Shown: in pieces, positions 36,835 to 45,577 of the stretch
Layout of the letters: each line of letters starts with the position of its first letter
Numbering within the stretch: position 1 is the first letter of the stretch
Origin: Flavobacteriales bacterium UBA2619
GTDB taxonomy: Bacteria > Bacteroidota > Bacteroidia > Flavobacteriales_D > Sanyastnellaceae
Direction: 5' to 3'
Length of the DNA stretch: 64,000 nucleotides
NCBI GenBank assembly: GCA_002339135.1
Contig: DDJR01000048.1
Coordinates: 17,989 to 81,988 of the forward strand
Notes under the pieces: generated by a model
What the model was told of the DNA's origin: nothing
Databases searched by the model: none
The model's input: the letters and a program-made list of their open reading frames with translations, nothing else
Translations under genes and position numbers: made by a program

Positions 36835-38502
36835 TTAGTTCAAGATAATTCTTCTGTATGTCGGTGTTTCAGATTGTGTGTTTAACTGAAAGATGTACGC
36901 TCCTCTTGGCAGTTCACTCACATCGAGTGTTGTTTCGTTTTGTAATGAGCACCTTCGAACCAACCTCCCCGAATTGTCTCTCACAAATAGTTCTGCTGAT
37001 TGAATTCCGTTTTGAAGAACAACCGTGACATTTGAAGAAGCAGGAGATGGGAAAACTACAAATGACCCATCTTCGACTTCATCGATTGAGACCGCAGTAA
37101 TGTCTATGGTGAGACAGACCTCATCGCCTGAGCATCCTCCGTTGTTCGTCTCCGTAACACACAACGAGCCTGCTCCACCTCCCCACCAGGAGACATTGAC
37201 GTCTGACGTTCCTTCTCCGTCAGTAACATCTCCACTTGTACTCACCCAGTCGTAAGTGCTTCCCGATGTGCTAGGGTAAGAATAGGAAAAAAGGATGTTC
37301 GCTGTAGGGTTAACTTCTCCTGAAATGGAAAACAGAGTGATGTAATTGCACAAAGATGCATCAGGGAGTGCATTTGGAGAATAGTTACAAGCTTGTGAAT
37401 CGTCGCACCCAAATCCTTGACATTCACATGAGCCAGCTTGTATCGCGTCATTTGCAGTATTCTCATCACCGTCATCGCAGGAGTCTCCAGGCAAGATGCA
37501 CGTTGAATCATTGATTGTAGCCTCAAAGTCATAATTACATGCTTCGGGATTCATACAGCCCGCGCATGACAAATACTCACATGAACCTTCATCATTAATA
37601 GTGGCCTCAAAATCATAATTACATGCTTCAGGATTCATACAGCCAGCACATGATAAATACTCACATGAACCATCATCAAGTGTTGCACCCGAATCGAAGT
37701 TACAAGACAAATCATCCGTACATCCATAACATGAATAATCACATCCACCACTTCCGTCTGTAGCTTCTGGATCAAAGTTGCATGCAGTTAAGTCGATGCA
37801 ACCTATAATCTCTAGCTCATCACATATCCCGTCGTCGTCTGAGTCATTTACACATTCTCCATTGTTGTATAGATGCGAGACCTCTAACAAGTCGGGACAT
37901 ACCGTGTCAATGTTTGTTTGTTCACCGCCGACAAATGACTGCAAGCACGTTTGCAGCGACCAATCACCACAAGTCGTCACTTGAGCTATGAGGATTTTCA
38001 GATCGTCACCAGCAACAGCGTTTTCAGGAGAACCGACCATATAAACTGAACCATTGTCAAATACAGCTGAACAAATACCAGTTGCGGTAGGCATTCCAAC
38101 TGTGGAAGGTAAAATGCCTGGATCATCACTGCTGGTCATCCCTATGGTCCAATATGTGTCATATTCCATCTCTGGAAAAACGGGCCAAAACAAGGATGAG
38201 TTTGAAGCATCCATCGACATTGATGTCGCAACCGGGTCGTGACATCCGCAAGGGGCATCGATAAACATCTCTGGAGTCCCAAGAGCTCCAACATCAGAAT
38301 AAAGTGCACTCAGAATATCCTCAGGATTTGTAAAATTCGCATAGACCTTATAGGTTCCAAAAAACTGCAAAGCATTTCCTTCTTCAGTAAAAACAGTGTC
38401 CAGTTCGAATGTATACTCCGTAAACTGAGCATGTAGGTTGAAGGAAATGAAAGTTAGTGAGAAAAGAAAAAGAGCAGGTAGGGCTTGCAGATGGTGTTTC
38501 AT
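36835..38502 (-). CDS. Secreted Cys-rich repeat protein with T9SS type A C-terminal sorting domain
   Basis: Signal peptide. Five copies of a C..C.....ACN(Y/F)D..AT..D.SC motif (residues about 216-387). C-terminal FVVFPSPASSNVTV...LPRGAYIFQL...RRIILN is Por_Secre_tail-like. Confidence 0.72.
   Translation of the reverse strand: MKHHLQALPALFLFSLTFISFNLHAQFTEYTFELDTVFTEEGNALQFFGTYKVYANFTNPEDILSALYSDVGALGTPEMFIDAPCGCHDPVATSMSMDASNSSLFWPVFPEMEYDTYWTIGMTSSDDPGILPSTVGMPTATGICSAVFDNGSVYMVGSPENAVAGDDLKILIAQVTTCGDWSLQTCLQSFVGGEQTNIDTVCPDLLEVSHLYNNGECVNDSDDDGICDELEIIGCIDLTACNFDPEATDGSGGCDYSCYGCTDDLSCNFDSGATLDDGSCEYLSCAGCMNPEACNYDFEATINDEGSCEYLSCAGCMNPEACNYDFEATINDSTCILPGDSCDDGDENTANDAIQAGSCECQGFGCDDSQACNYSPNALPDASLCNYITLFSISGEVNPTANILFSYSYPSTSGSTYDWVSTSGDVTDGEGTSDVNVSWWGGGAGSLCVTETNNGGCSGDEVCLTIDITAVSIDEVEDGSFVVFPSPASSNVTVVLQNGIQSAELFVRDNSGRLVRRCSLQNETTLDVSELPRGAYIFQLNTQSETPTYRRIILN
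37507..37674 (-). repeat. In-frame tandem duplication, 2 x 84 bp (28 aa: CEYLSCAGCMNPEACNYDFEATINDEGS), about 90% identical, flanked by diverged copies
   Basis: Direct reading: the unit starting at 37507 recurs at 37591 with a few substitutions. Confidence 0.85.
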
Positions 38503-38572
38503 TGAAAGGGATGTTTTTAAAGCTTACAAGTTAAGAAACTGAAGGGAAATATCTAAAATAAAAATCGATCGA

Positions 38573-39862
38573 TTAACTGTTCATGCCCTCTTCGATTGCT
38601 TCGGCCATAAGTGGAATGTGAGCCATCAAATCAACGAACCCGTCATCTGTGATTACAAGGTCATTCTCCAAGCGTATTCCTAGGCCTTCTGAAGGAATAT
38701 AAATTCCTGGCTCGCAAGTGAAAACATTTCCCGATTGTATCGGGTTTTGCCAATGTCCTACATCGTGAACGTCTAAGCCGATAAAGTGAGAAGTTCCATG
38801 CATGAAATATTTTTTATAGGCGGGTGAGGCTGCCGATTGCTTCGAAACGTCATGCTTGTCAATCAAATTCAAATCAAGCAATTGCTTCGTCATAAGCTCC
38901 CCAACCTGTTTGTGATATTCGTGTAAACTCACACCGGGTCTCAGCAGCTTCATGGCATCTTGCATCACAGAGTAAACAGAGTTGTATACCGCGCGTTGCC
39001 TGTCTGTAAACTTTCCGCTCACAGGAATACATCTCGTCATATCAGCGGCATAGTTTCCATATTCGGCTCCGACATCCATCAACACCACATCGCCAGCTTG
39101 ACATTCCTTATCGTTCTCTACATAATGAAGGACACATGCGTTTGCACCACTTCCCACAATAGGCGTGTAAGCAAATCTTCTCGAACCTCTTCTGATAAAT
39201 TCATGAAGAAATTCTGCTTCAATTTCATACTCCATAACACCAGGCTTGACAAATTGAAGCACTCTTTCAAGTCCTGCTTTTGTGATGTCACATGCGCGTT
39301 GCATTTGCAGAATTTCTGCCTTTTGTTTTACCGCCCTGAGGTCATAAAGAAGAGGTGCTGTTCTTGCTGTTCGGTGATTTGGATATTTTTCTCGGATTCT
39401 CTTGTTTTCTCTCATCTCTCGTGTTTCCACAGATGTGCTAGCGCGAGTATGTGGGTTGTCGTTGAGGTAAAGCAAGTCTGACTCAGCCATAAGACGGTGA
39501 AGCGTAGTTTCAAAAGCAGATAACCACTGAACGTTGCGAATTCCTGTAGACTCAACAGCCTCTTTTTTTGTGAGTTTTGCTCCATGCCAAACAGCGAGCT
39601 CGTCACTTGTCTCTATCACAAATAAAATTTCTTTATCTGCTTCCGAATGTGCCTCTGGGAAAAGCAGCAAAATTGTTTCCTCCTGATCCACTCCACTCAA
39701 ATAGAAAATATCTGTACCCTGAACAAATGGCATCGTTCCATCGGCACTGGTAGGATAAATATCACTAGAAAAGACGAGGGCTAAGCCCTTCGATTCTAAC
39801 CTGTCAGCCAATGACTGTCTATTGCGTGTGTATAACGCAGAGGGTAATTTTTCGTAACGCAT
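38573..39862 (-). CDS. pepP: Xaa-Pro aminopeptidase (M24B family)
   Basis: 429 aa. M24 metal-ligand context VLMDVGAEYGNYAADMTR, HGTSHFIGLDVHD and TCEPGIY...GIRLEND. Confidence 0.9.
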   Translation of the reverse strand: MRYEKLPSALYTRNRQSLADRLESKGLALVFSSDIYPTSADGTMPFVQGTDIFYLSGVDQEETILLLFPEAHSEADKEILFVIETSDELAVWHGAKLTKKEAVESTGIRNVQWLSAFETTLHRLMAESDLLYLNDNPHTRASTSVETREMRENKRIREKYPNHRTARTAPLLYDLRAVKQKAEILQMQRACDITKAGLERVLQFVKPGVMEYEIEAEFLHEFIRRGSRRFAYTPIVGSGANACVLHYVENDKECQAGDVVLMDVGAEYGNYAADMTRCIPVSGKFTDRQRAVYNSVYSVMQDAMKLLRPGVSLHEYHKQVGELMTKQLLDLNLIDKHDVSKQSAASPAYKKYFMHGTSHFIGLDVHDVGHWQNPIQSGNVFTCEPGIYIPSEGLGIRLENDLVITDDGFVDLMAHIPLMAEAIEEGMNS

Positions 39863-39887
39863 AGCCGCAAGTTACTACCTTCGGGGC

Positions 39888-40328
39888 ATGAGCAACAGTA
39901 TTTCTACAAATAATGCACCCAAGCCTGTGGGATCTTATCCGCACGCAAGAAGAGTCGGGGAACTTTTATTCTTAAGCGGAGTAGGGCCGCGTATAGCTGG
40001 ATCTGGTGTCGGTGACAGCAAAGTGCCTGGCCTAGAACTTTCTGCAGATGGAGAAGTGATTAAATATGACATTTCAGCACAGGTTCACGCTGTCTTTGGG
40101 AATGTAAAGGCCATTTTAGAAGCAAGTGGGAGTTCGTGGGAGGAGCTTGTCGATGTCACCGTGTTTTTAACGGACATGTCACGTGATTTTTCTGAGTTTA
40201 ATCGTATTTATGCAGAGTATTTTTCAGACCTTGGAGACAAGAGGCCTTGCAGAACTACTGTAGAAATAAACTGTTTGCCAACTCCTATTGCAATTGAATT
40301 AAAATGTGTTGCTACAATAAAATCATAA
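39888..40328 (+). CDS. RidA/YjgF/UK114 family protein
   Basis: 146 aa. PKPVGSYPHARRVGELLFLSG, VTVFLTD and CRTTVEINCLP...IELKCVA are typical of the family. Confidence 0.88.
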   Translation: MSNSISTNNAPKPVGSYPHARRVGELLFLSGVGPRIAGSGVGDSKVPGLELSADGEVIKYDISAQVHAVFGNVKAILEASGSSWEELVDVTVFLTDMSRDFSEFNRIYAEYFSDLGDKRPCRTTVEINCLPTPIAIELKCVATIKS

Positions 40329-40331
40329 ATA

Positions 40332-41327
40332 ATGCCTAATAAGAACGATTTTAAGCCTGAAATACTAGATAAATTAGACCTTTTGCAGAAGAAGTACTCT
40401 GACATGGGACAAGATTTGTCTTCGTATTTAGATGGGCTGCTGTATGCTGACTTCCTCACTTATTGGGATTATATCAACCTAGATACACTGCTAAGTCTTC
40501 AGCAACCGATTACACCATATCCGGATGAGAAAGTATTTATTATCTACCATCAAATTACAGAATTGTACTTCAAACTTGCCATCCACGAATTCGAACAAAT
40601 CGGTGAAGCGGTTAAAGAAGAAAGTCTGACGTCGAAGTTTTTATTAGAACGGGTAAAAAGAATCAATCGCTATTTCGAAGCGCTTACGAGCAGCTTCGAC
40701 ATTATGGTGGACGGAATGGACCAAGGTGAATTCCTTAAATTCCGAATGTCTTTGCTCCCTGCGAGTGGATTCCAAAGTGCTCAATATAGAAAAATTGAAA
40801 TTTACAGCACATCTTTAGACCGCATTGCTCACAAGAACCACCGAGAAAAATTCTCAGGATATGCATTAGAAGAAATTCCGCTAATTTTCGACCACCTCTA
40901 CTGGAGAGAAGGGGCCTCTGAATTAAAGTCTGGTGCGAAAACCCTCACGTTGAAACAATTTGAGAAAAAATACGATGCAGAATTAAAGGCGTTGGCTGTG
41001 AAAACTTTCAAATCTAACGTACGGACTGCCTCAGGTTCCCTTGTTTTTTCAAAAGAAGAGGCTGCCATAAAAGAAGAGTTGCGCCAAGCGATGCGTTGGT
41101 TAGACACAAACGTAAACGTAAACTGGACGTTGGCACATTACAAATCTGCCGTTAGATACCTTCAACGTGATCCTGAAGATATTGCCGCTACAGGTGGAAC
41201 GAACTGGCAAAAATATCTCCCTCCTCGTTTCCAGAAGCGCATCTTCTTTCCAGAATTGTGGAGTGAACAAGAGATCGAAGATTGGGGTAAAGGTTGGGTT
41301 AGCCGTGAAGTTTTTGGGGCAAAGTAA
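40332..41327 (+). CDS. kynA: Tryptophan 2,3-dioxygenase family protein
   Basis: IIYHQITELYFKLAIHEFEQI (distal His helix), SGFQSAQYRKIE and GTGGTNW-like C-terminal region. 3 nt downstream of the RidA gene. Confidence 0.82.
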   Translation: MPNKNDFKPEILDKLDLLQKKYSDMGQDLSSYLDGLLYADFLTYWDYINLDTLLSLQQPITPYPDEKVFIIYHQITELYFKLAIHEFEQIGEAVKEESLTSKFLLERVKRINRYFEALTSSFDIMVDGMDQGEFLKFRMSLLPASGFQSAQYRKIEIYSTSLDRIAHKNHREKFSGYALEEIPLIFDHLYWREGASELKSGAKTLTLKQFEKKYDAELKALAVKTFKSNVRTASGSLVFSKEEAAIKEELRQAMRWLDTNVNVNWTLAHYKSAVRYLQRDPEDIAATGGTNWQKYLPPRFQKRIFFPELWSEQEIEDWGKGWVSREVFGAK

Positions 41328-41339
41328 ATCCACCAGTAC

Positions 41340-42563
41340 ATGAGGTTATTTTTTGTTTTAGCGAGCGCACTAAGTGTGGTTTTTTCCTTTAGTTGTAACT
41401 CTTCTGAGTCTACAGATCCTGACCGAGTGTCGGCGATTTCTGCTGTGTCTGTGACCAAACCTTTGGTGAGGTTCGATGTGTTGTGGGACAATCTTGAAGT
41501 AGATTCTGGAATGATTCGCAAAGACCAAACACTGTCTCATCTTCTTGATAATTTTGGAATCGGAGCAGGGAAAGTTGCTACTCTTGCCGCAAACAGCAGG
41601 GAAGTATATGATGTTCGGAAAATGAGGGGTGGTAAACGATGGTGGCTTGCTTCGGAAAGAGACACAAGTGAGGTTCCTGTTTGGCTTATTTATGAAAGAA
41701 ATGACCTTGATTACGTTGTTTTTTCCTTGAAAGACACCCTAGGAGCAAGACTCGGATCCTACGCTGTAGATACAACCTACCGAAGTGTTCAGGGGGAAAT
41801 AACGAACTCTTTGTATGTCGATTTTGACAGGCTGGGTGTGCCTACAAATCTTGCTGTTGCAATGGCTAAGGTATACGCATGGACCATTGATTTCACTCAT
41901 GTACAACCTGGTGACGAATTTGAAGCTTACTACTTTCGGAAAAGAGTAAACGGAAAAGAAGTTGGGATGCCTACCATACTTTTCTGCAACTTTAACCACC
42001 ACGGAATGGATCTGCCAGCGTACCGTTTTGATCAAGGTGATGGTCCCGATTATTTCGATCCACAAGGTGGGTCGCTGAGGAAGGCTTTTCTAAAATCCCC
42101 CGTGGAGTTTTCACGTATTTCTAGCAGCTTTAACAAGAAGCGTTTTCATCCTGTCTTGAAGAAAGTAAAAGCCCACTTGGGTACAGATTATGCCGCGAAA
42201 ACTGGCACCCCCATTCTTTCCGTTGGTGATGGCGTAGTCACAAAGGCTAGTTACACAAATGGGAATGGGAAATATGTGAAGATTCGTCACAACAACACCT
42301 ACGAAACCCAATATTTACACATGAGCAAGCGTCTCGTGTCAGTAGGAGACAGAGTAAAACAAGGAGAAACAATTGGATTGGTGGGTTCGACAGGACTCGC
42401 TACTGGACCCCATGTTTGTTTTAGGTTTTGGAAAGATGGCAAGCAAGTGGATCATCGCAAAGAAAACTTCCCCCCTTCCACTCCTGTTCGAGATGACGAG
42501 ATGGACAACTTTGCAAAACAGGTTGTAAAGTTGGAGTCCGACGCTAAAGACGCGTTCAATTAA
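41340..42563 (+). CDS. M23 family metallopeptidase (lipoprotein)
   Basis: Lipobox-like LSVVFSFSC. HLGTDYAAKTGTPILSVGDG and GLVGSTGLATGPHVCFRFWKDG (HxxxD / HxH motifs). Confidence 0.9.
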   Translation: MRLFFVLASALSVVFSFSCNSSESTDPDRVSAISAVSVTKPLVRFDVLWDNLEVDSGMIRKDQTLSHLLDNFGIGAGKVATLAANSREVYDVRKMRGGKRWWLASERDTSEVPVWLIYERNDLDYVVFSLKDTLGARLGSYAVDTTYRSVQGEITNSLYVDFDRLGVPTNLAVAMAKVYAWTIDFTHVQPGDEFEAYYFRKRVNGKEVGMPTILFCNFNHHGMDLPAYRFDQGDGPDYFDPQGGSLRKAFLKSPVEFSRISSSFNKKRFHPVLKKVKAHLGTDYAAKTGTPILSVGDGVVTKASYTNGNGKYVKIRHNNTYETQYLHMSKRLVSVGDRVKQGETIGLVGSTGLATGPHVCFRFWKDGKQVDHRKENFPPSTPVRDDEMDNFAKQVVKLESDAKDAFN

Positions 42564-42585
42564 ACTTTGAACTGCAGTCTCTCGA

Positions 42586-43524
42586 CTATTTCCAGTGACC
42601 TACTTCCAACTTTAGCTCACTCTCCAGCTTTGCGATTTCCTCCGCGTAAATTTCTGTAATGTATTCTCTTTCTTCAGAGGTCATTTTTGGAAGCGCATCG
42701 GAATTGTAATACCAGGCAACAAGTTTCTTCTTCAGGCTTGATGGAATCAGATTCCCAAGTTTGTGTTTAAGTCCGTGCGAAGTAAGAAAGCGATTGAGCT
42801 TTTCGAAGCGGGCAAGGCCCCCCGTATTGGCGTCGTTTTTGTCGGGTTGGGTCGTTGCTTGAGGAAGATCTAGCCAATCGAGGAGCCTTTGCCATTTGTC
42901 AGGCGACCGAAGGTCTTCGGTGAGCATTATTAGAATCTGAGAGTCCGAAAAATGAGCCCGCCAACGAGAAATTTGTTGAGAATAAAGACCCAGCTGAACG
43001 AAGAGTTCGCTTGCTCCCCAACCTGGTGAAGGGTGGGCGAGATCTTTCTCTACTGCCTCACGAAGTGGAAGAGAAGTAAAGCCATACTTTCTGGCCATCA
43101 TATAGTGGGAATACAAGCGGTCAATGGGGTTGCGAAGCATGATTAAGATGCGCGCATTGGGGTGTTCTTTCGCAAGCGCAGCAGGTGCTGATTGAGAAAA
43201 CAAATACGAGGTGCTACATTCTCCCACAAGAAGTGCTTCGGGTGGAGCGGGTGCAAAAAGTGAGGCGTAACTGGAAGCATCGCGAATGAAACCGACTTGA
43301 AGCTGTGGTAGTGGAGTCTCAGAAAAGTAATCCGACAGATCTAGGCGAGTGTTCGCAAGAAATTCTGAAGAGAATTTTGAGGTGTCGATGTCCGTGGAGT
43401 AGTAATTGGGCTCCTTGAGAGGGCTGAGGTACACATCTGAACGAGAGTTGAGGCGTTCAAAAACAGTTGTCGTTCCAGCTTTAGCGGCGCCAATAACGAA
43501 AAAATTTAGAGAGTCTTTTTTCAC
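42586..43524 (-). CDS. Sulfotransferase domain protein (PAPS-dependent)
   Basis: 5'-PSB loop FFVIGAAKAGTTT and 3'-PB-like LIMLRNPIDRLYSHY. The track start (43602) is a TTG that overlaps the flippase by 70 nt; GTG at 43524 lies 8 nt after the flippase stop and is preferred. Confidence 0.78.
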   Translation of the reverse strand: MKKDSLNFFVIGAAKAGTTTVFERLNSRSDVYLSPLKEPNYYSTDIDTSKFSSEFLANTRLDLSDYFSETPLPQLQVGFIRDASSYASLFAPAPPEALLVGECSTSYLFSQSAPAALAKEHPNARILIMLRNPIDRLYSHYMMARKYGFTSLPLREAVEKDLAHPSPGWGASELFVQLGLYSQQISRWRAHFSDSQILIMLTEDLRSPDKWQRLLDWLDLPQATTQPDKNDANTGGLARFEKLNRFLTSHGLKHKLGNLIPSSLKKKLVAWYYNSDALPKMTSEEREYITEIYAEEIAKLESELKLEVGHWK

Positions 43525-43532
43525 GTATTTGC

Positions 43533-44855
43533 TTAAAAAGGATGCGGAATAGAAATGAAACCATACTCCTTCTTTATCTGAAAGACAGCCATGACATTCC
43601 AAACAACAGTGCTTACTCCAGTTGCAATGGCTGCTCCCATGAGACCGTAAATTGGAATCAAGTAAAGGTTAAGGCCTACATTGATTGCAGACGCCACAAG
43701 GATAATGTTTCGCGCTTTCTTTTCCTTTCCAGTCATGTTGAGCAGATACATCACTGGTCCACACAGGGCATTGATGAGTTGGGCGATAGCTAAAACAATA
43801 AGTGGAGCTACGCCTGCTGTAAACTCTTCGCCAAACAGGTCCAAAACAAAGCTAGGAAAGAGGAGAATGGCAATGAAAACAGGTGTGCTAATGGCGAGGT
43901 TCATATACCCTATGTTGCGTGTCATTTTTTGGAGACCTGCCAGATCATTCTTGGCACTAAATGAGCTAAACATTGGGGCCGCAATGCTGTTGATTGCAAA
44001 CTGTGCGAAAGTGATAAGCGTGGCAACTTTAAATGCCAAGCGATAGATTCCCACTTCTGACTCTTCTAAGTAATACCCAATCATCAGTGTATCAGACCAG
44101 TTCATAATCATAAACATCGATGCGCTGATAAGCATGGGGAAAGCCACTTTTAAAAGGGGTTTGACAGCAATCTTATCAGCTGTGGAGCTGGTTTTTACTG
44201 TGACCAAAGTGGAAAGGTGTTTGGGCGTCGTAAACGCTGCAAAAACAGACAGAAAAACCACACCGGTTCCGAAAGAAAAAAGCGGAATCAAGTCGGAATC
44301 ATAGCCTTGATACTGAAGTGTTAAAAATGATGCTATCGCAATAAGAACAACAGTTCCTCGCTGAAGAATGCTATATCCTACCATCTTTTTCATCCCTCGA
44401 TAAGCCTCCGCATTGATTTCATATGAAGTTAAAAAAGGGATGATGTGAGCTACAATTCGAAATGGGGTAACGAGGCTTTCATTGCCGAATAAACTAGCTA
44501 GCTCTTCTGCGAAAAAATAAACTAAAACCCCCAGGAAAATTGAGAGTGGAAGAGAGAGAACGACGGCCAATCTGTAGACTTTTCGAAGGTTCGTACGGGC
44601 ACCCTTTTCCACAAATTCTGGAATAAATCGTACAAGAGCTCCTCCAAGACCCAGTCTCGACAACAAACTGGCAATGGTTAGGGCTGTGAGGCTAAGTTCG
44701 AAAATTCCGAAAGACTCCGCTCCATAGTTTGTTGTAATTAGGTAGGCAAAAACATACCCTGCTCCGGCTCCGGCCACCTTAAAGGCCATAACAAGTCCAC
44801 TTCCAGAAAGAAGTTTCTTAAAGTCGGGACTGATGTTATGAAGAAAAGGTCTCAT
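43533..44855 (-). CDS. MOP-superfamily polysaccharide/oligosaccharide flippase (Wzx-like)
   Basis: 440 aa with about 12-14 hydrophobic segments and a polysaccharide-biosynthesis-protein-like N-terminus (SGSGLVMAFKVAGAGAGYVFAYLI). Confidence 0.78.
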   Translation of the reverse strand: MRPFLHNISPDFKKLLSGSGLVMAFKVAGAGAGYVFAYLITTNYGAESFGIFELSLTALTIASLLSRLGLGGALVRFIPEFVEKGARTNLRKVYRLAVVLSLPLSIFLGVLVYFFAEELASLFGNESLVTPFRIVAHIIPFLTSYEINAEAYRGMKKMVGYSILQRGTVVLIAIASFLTLQYQGYDSDLIPLFSFGTGVVFLSVFAAFTTPKHLSTLVTVKTSSTADKIAVKPLLKVAFPMLISASMFMIMNWSDTLMIGYYLEESEVGIYRLAFKVATLITFAQFAINSIAAPMFSSFSAKNDLAGLQKMTRNIGYMNLAISTPVFIAILLFPSFVLDLFGEEFTAGVAPLIVLAIAQLINALCGPVMYLLNMTGKEKKARNIILVASAINVGLNLYLIPIYGLMGAAIATGVSTVVWNVMAVFQIKKEYGFISIPHPF

Positions 44856-44873
44856 TTCGCTAAGCTCGCATGG

Positions 44874-45308
44874 CTAAGAACGTGCAGAATACACAAGTCC
44901 ATACATCTTCATTTGCTTAACCATCGAAGCGAGACCGTTTGAGCGGGTCGAGCTCAGGTGAGCGTGTAGACCTATCTGTTCGAGGAAGTAGAGATCCGCA
45001 GCTGCAATCTCTGAAGCTTGTGAGTTGCTCAACACCCTGACCATCAGTGCTACCAGACCTTTTGTAATAATCGCATCGCTGTCTGCTCCGAAAACAACCT
45101 CTCCAGCAGTGTTTCGTTTTGCTGACAGCCAAACCCGGCTCTGGCATCCCTTAATCAAGTTGTCCTCAACCTTCTCATCTTCCAACATAGGTGAAAGCTC
45201 TTTCCCAATCTCGATGATGTGTTCGTATTTCTCCATCCAGTCCGAGAACATGTCGAACTCCTCGATGACTTGATCTTGCCTAGAGTTTACGGTGTTCATT
45301 CTATTCAT
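44874..45308 (-). CDS. sufE: SufE-type cysteine desulfuration (sulfur acceptor) protein
   Basis: NLIKGCQSRVWL with the acceptor Cys, and GADSDAIITKGLVAL. Start trimmed to ATG 45308 (or 45299); the longer ORF overlaps the rhodanese gene. Confidence 0.87.
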   Translation of the reverse strand: MNRMNTVNSRQDQVIEEFDMFSDWMEKYEHIIEIGKELSPMLEDEKVEDNLIKGCQSRVWLSAKRNTAGEVVFGADSDAIITKGLVALMVRVLSNSQASEIAAADLYFLEQIGLHAHLSSTRSNGLASMVKQMKMYGLVYSARS

Positions 45309-45573
45309 GCAGTAAAGATATAGTGGGTGACTCGACAACGGGAAGACCGACTGATTGCCAGCCGTTAGGATGACCTCGTTTAAGTAAAAATGTATAACCT
45401 GATGCGCTTCTACTTCCAGGCTTACAGCAAACATAGACATCTTTGTCTTTGGAAATCGGAAAAGCGTTTTTTTCGAACGCATTCAGTGTTCTTATATCTA
45501 CCAAAGCAGCTCTGATGAACATCAATTTTTCTGGATGTTTTCCTTGAAATAAATTGAGGATTTTATCCAACAT
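45301..45573 (-). CDS. Minimal or degenerate rhodanese-like domain protein
   Basis: LVDIRTLNAFE...KDVYVCCKPGSRS keeps the CxxGxRS loop but lacks the GH..GA.NIP segment. Confidence 0.62.
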   Translation of the reverse strand: MLDKILNLFQGKHPEKLMFIRAALVDIRTLNAFEKNAFPISKDKDVYVCCKPGSRSASGYTFLLKRGHPNGWQSVGLPVVESPTISLLHE

Positions 45574-45577
45574 AACG

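Noticed and set aside
37507-37674. Tandem repeat considered as a possible CRISPR or minisatellite locus
   Set aside because: There are only two near-identical units with no spacers. They are in frame inside a CDS and correspond to a protein repeat, so this is not a CRISPR array.
38960-39481. 173-aa ORF antisense to pepP
   Set aside because: It is embedded in the conserved M24B peptidase gene, and its Cys/Ser/His-rich sequence has no recognisable features.
41162-41521. 119-aa minus-strand ORF spanning the TDO/M23 gene junction
   Set aside because: It overlaps two well-supported plus-strand genes and shows no motifs.
43525-43602. Upstream TTG-initiated extension of the sulfotransferase ORF (MECHGCLSDKEG...)
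   Set aside because: It would overlap the flippase gene by 70 nt and adds sequence ahead of the PAPS-binding loop with no family resemblance. The GTG at 43524, just after the flippase stop, is a better start.
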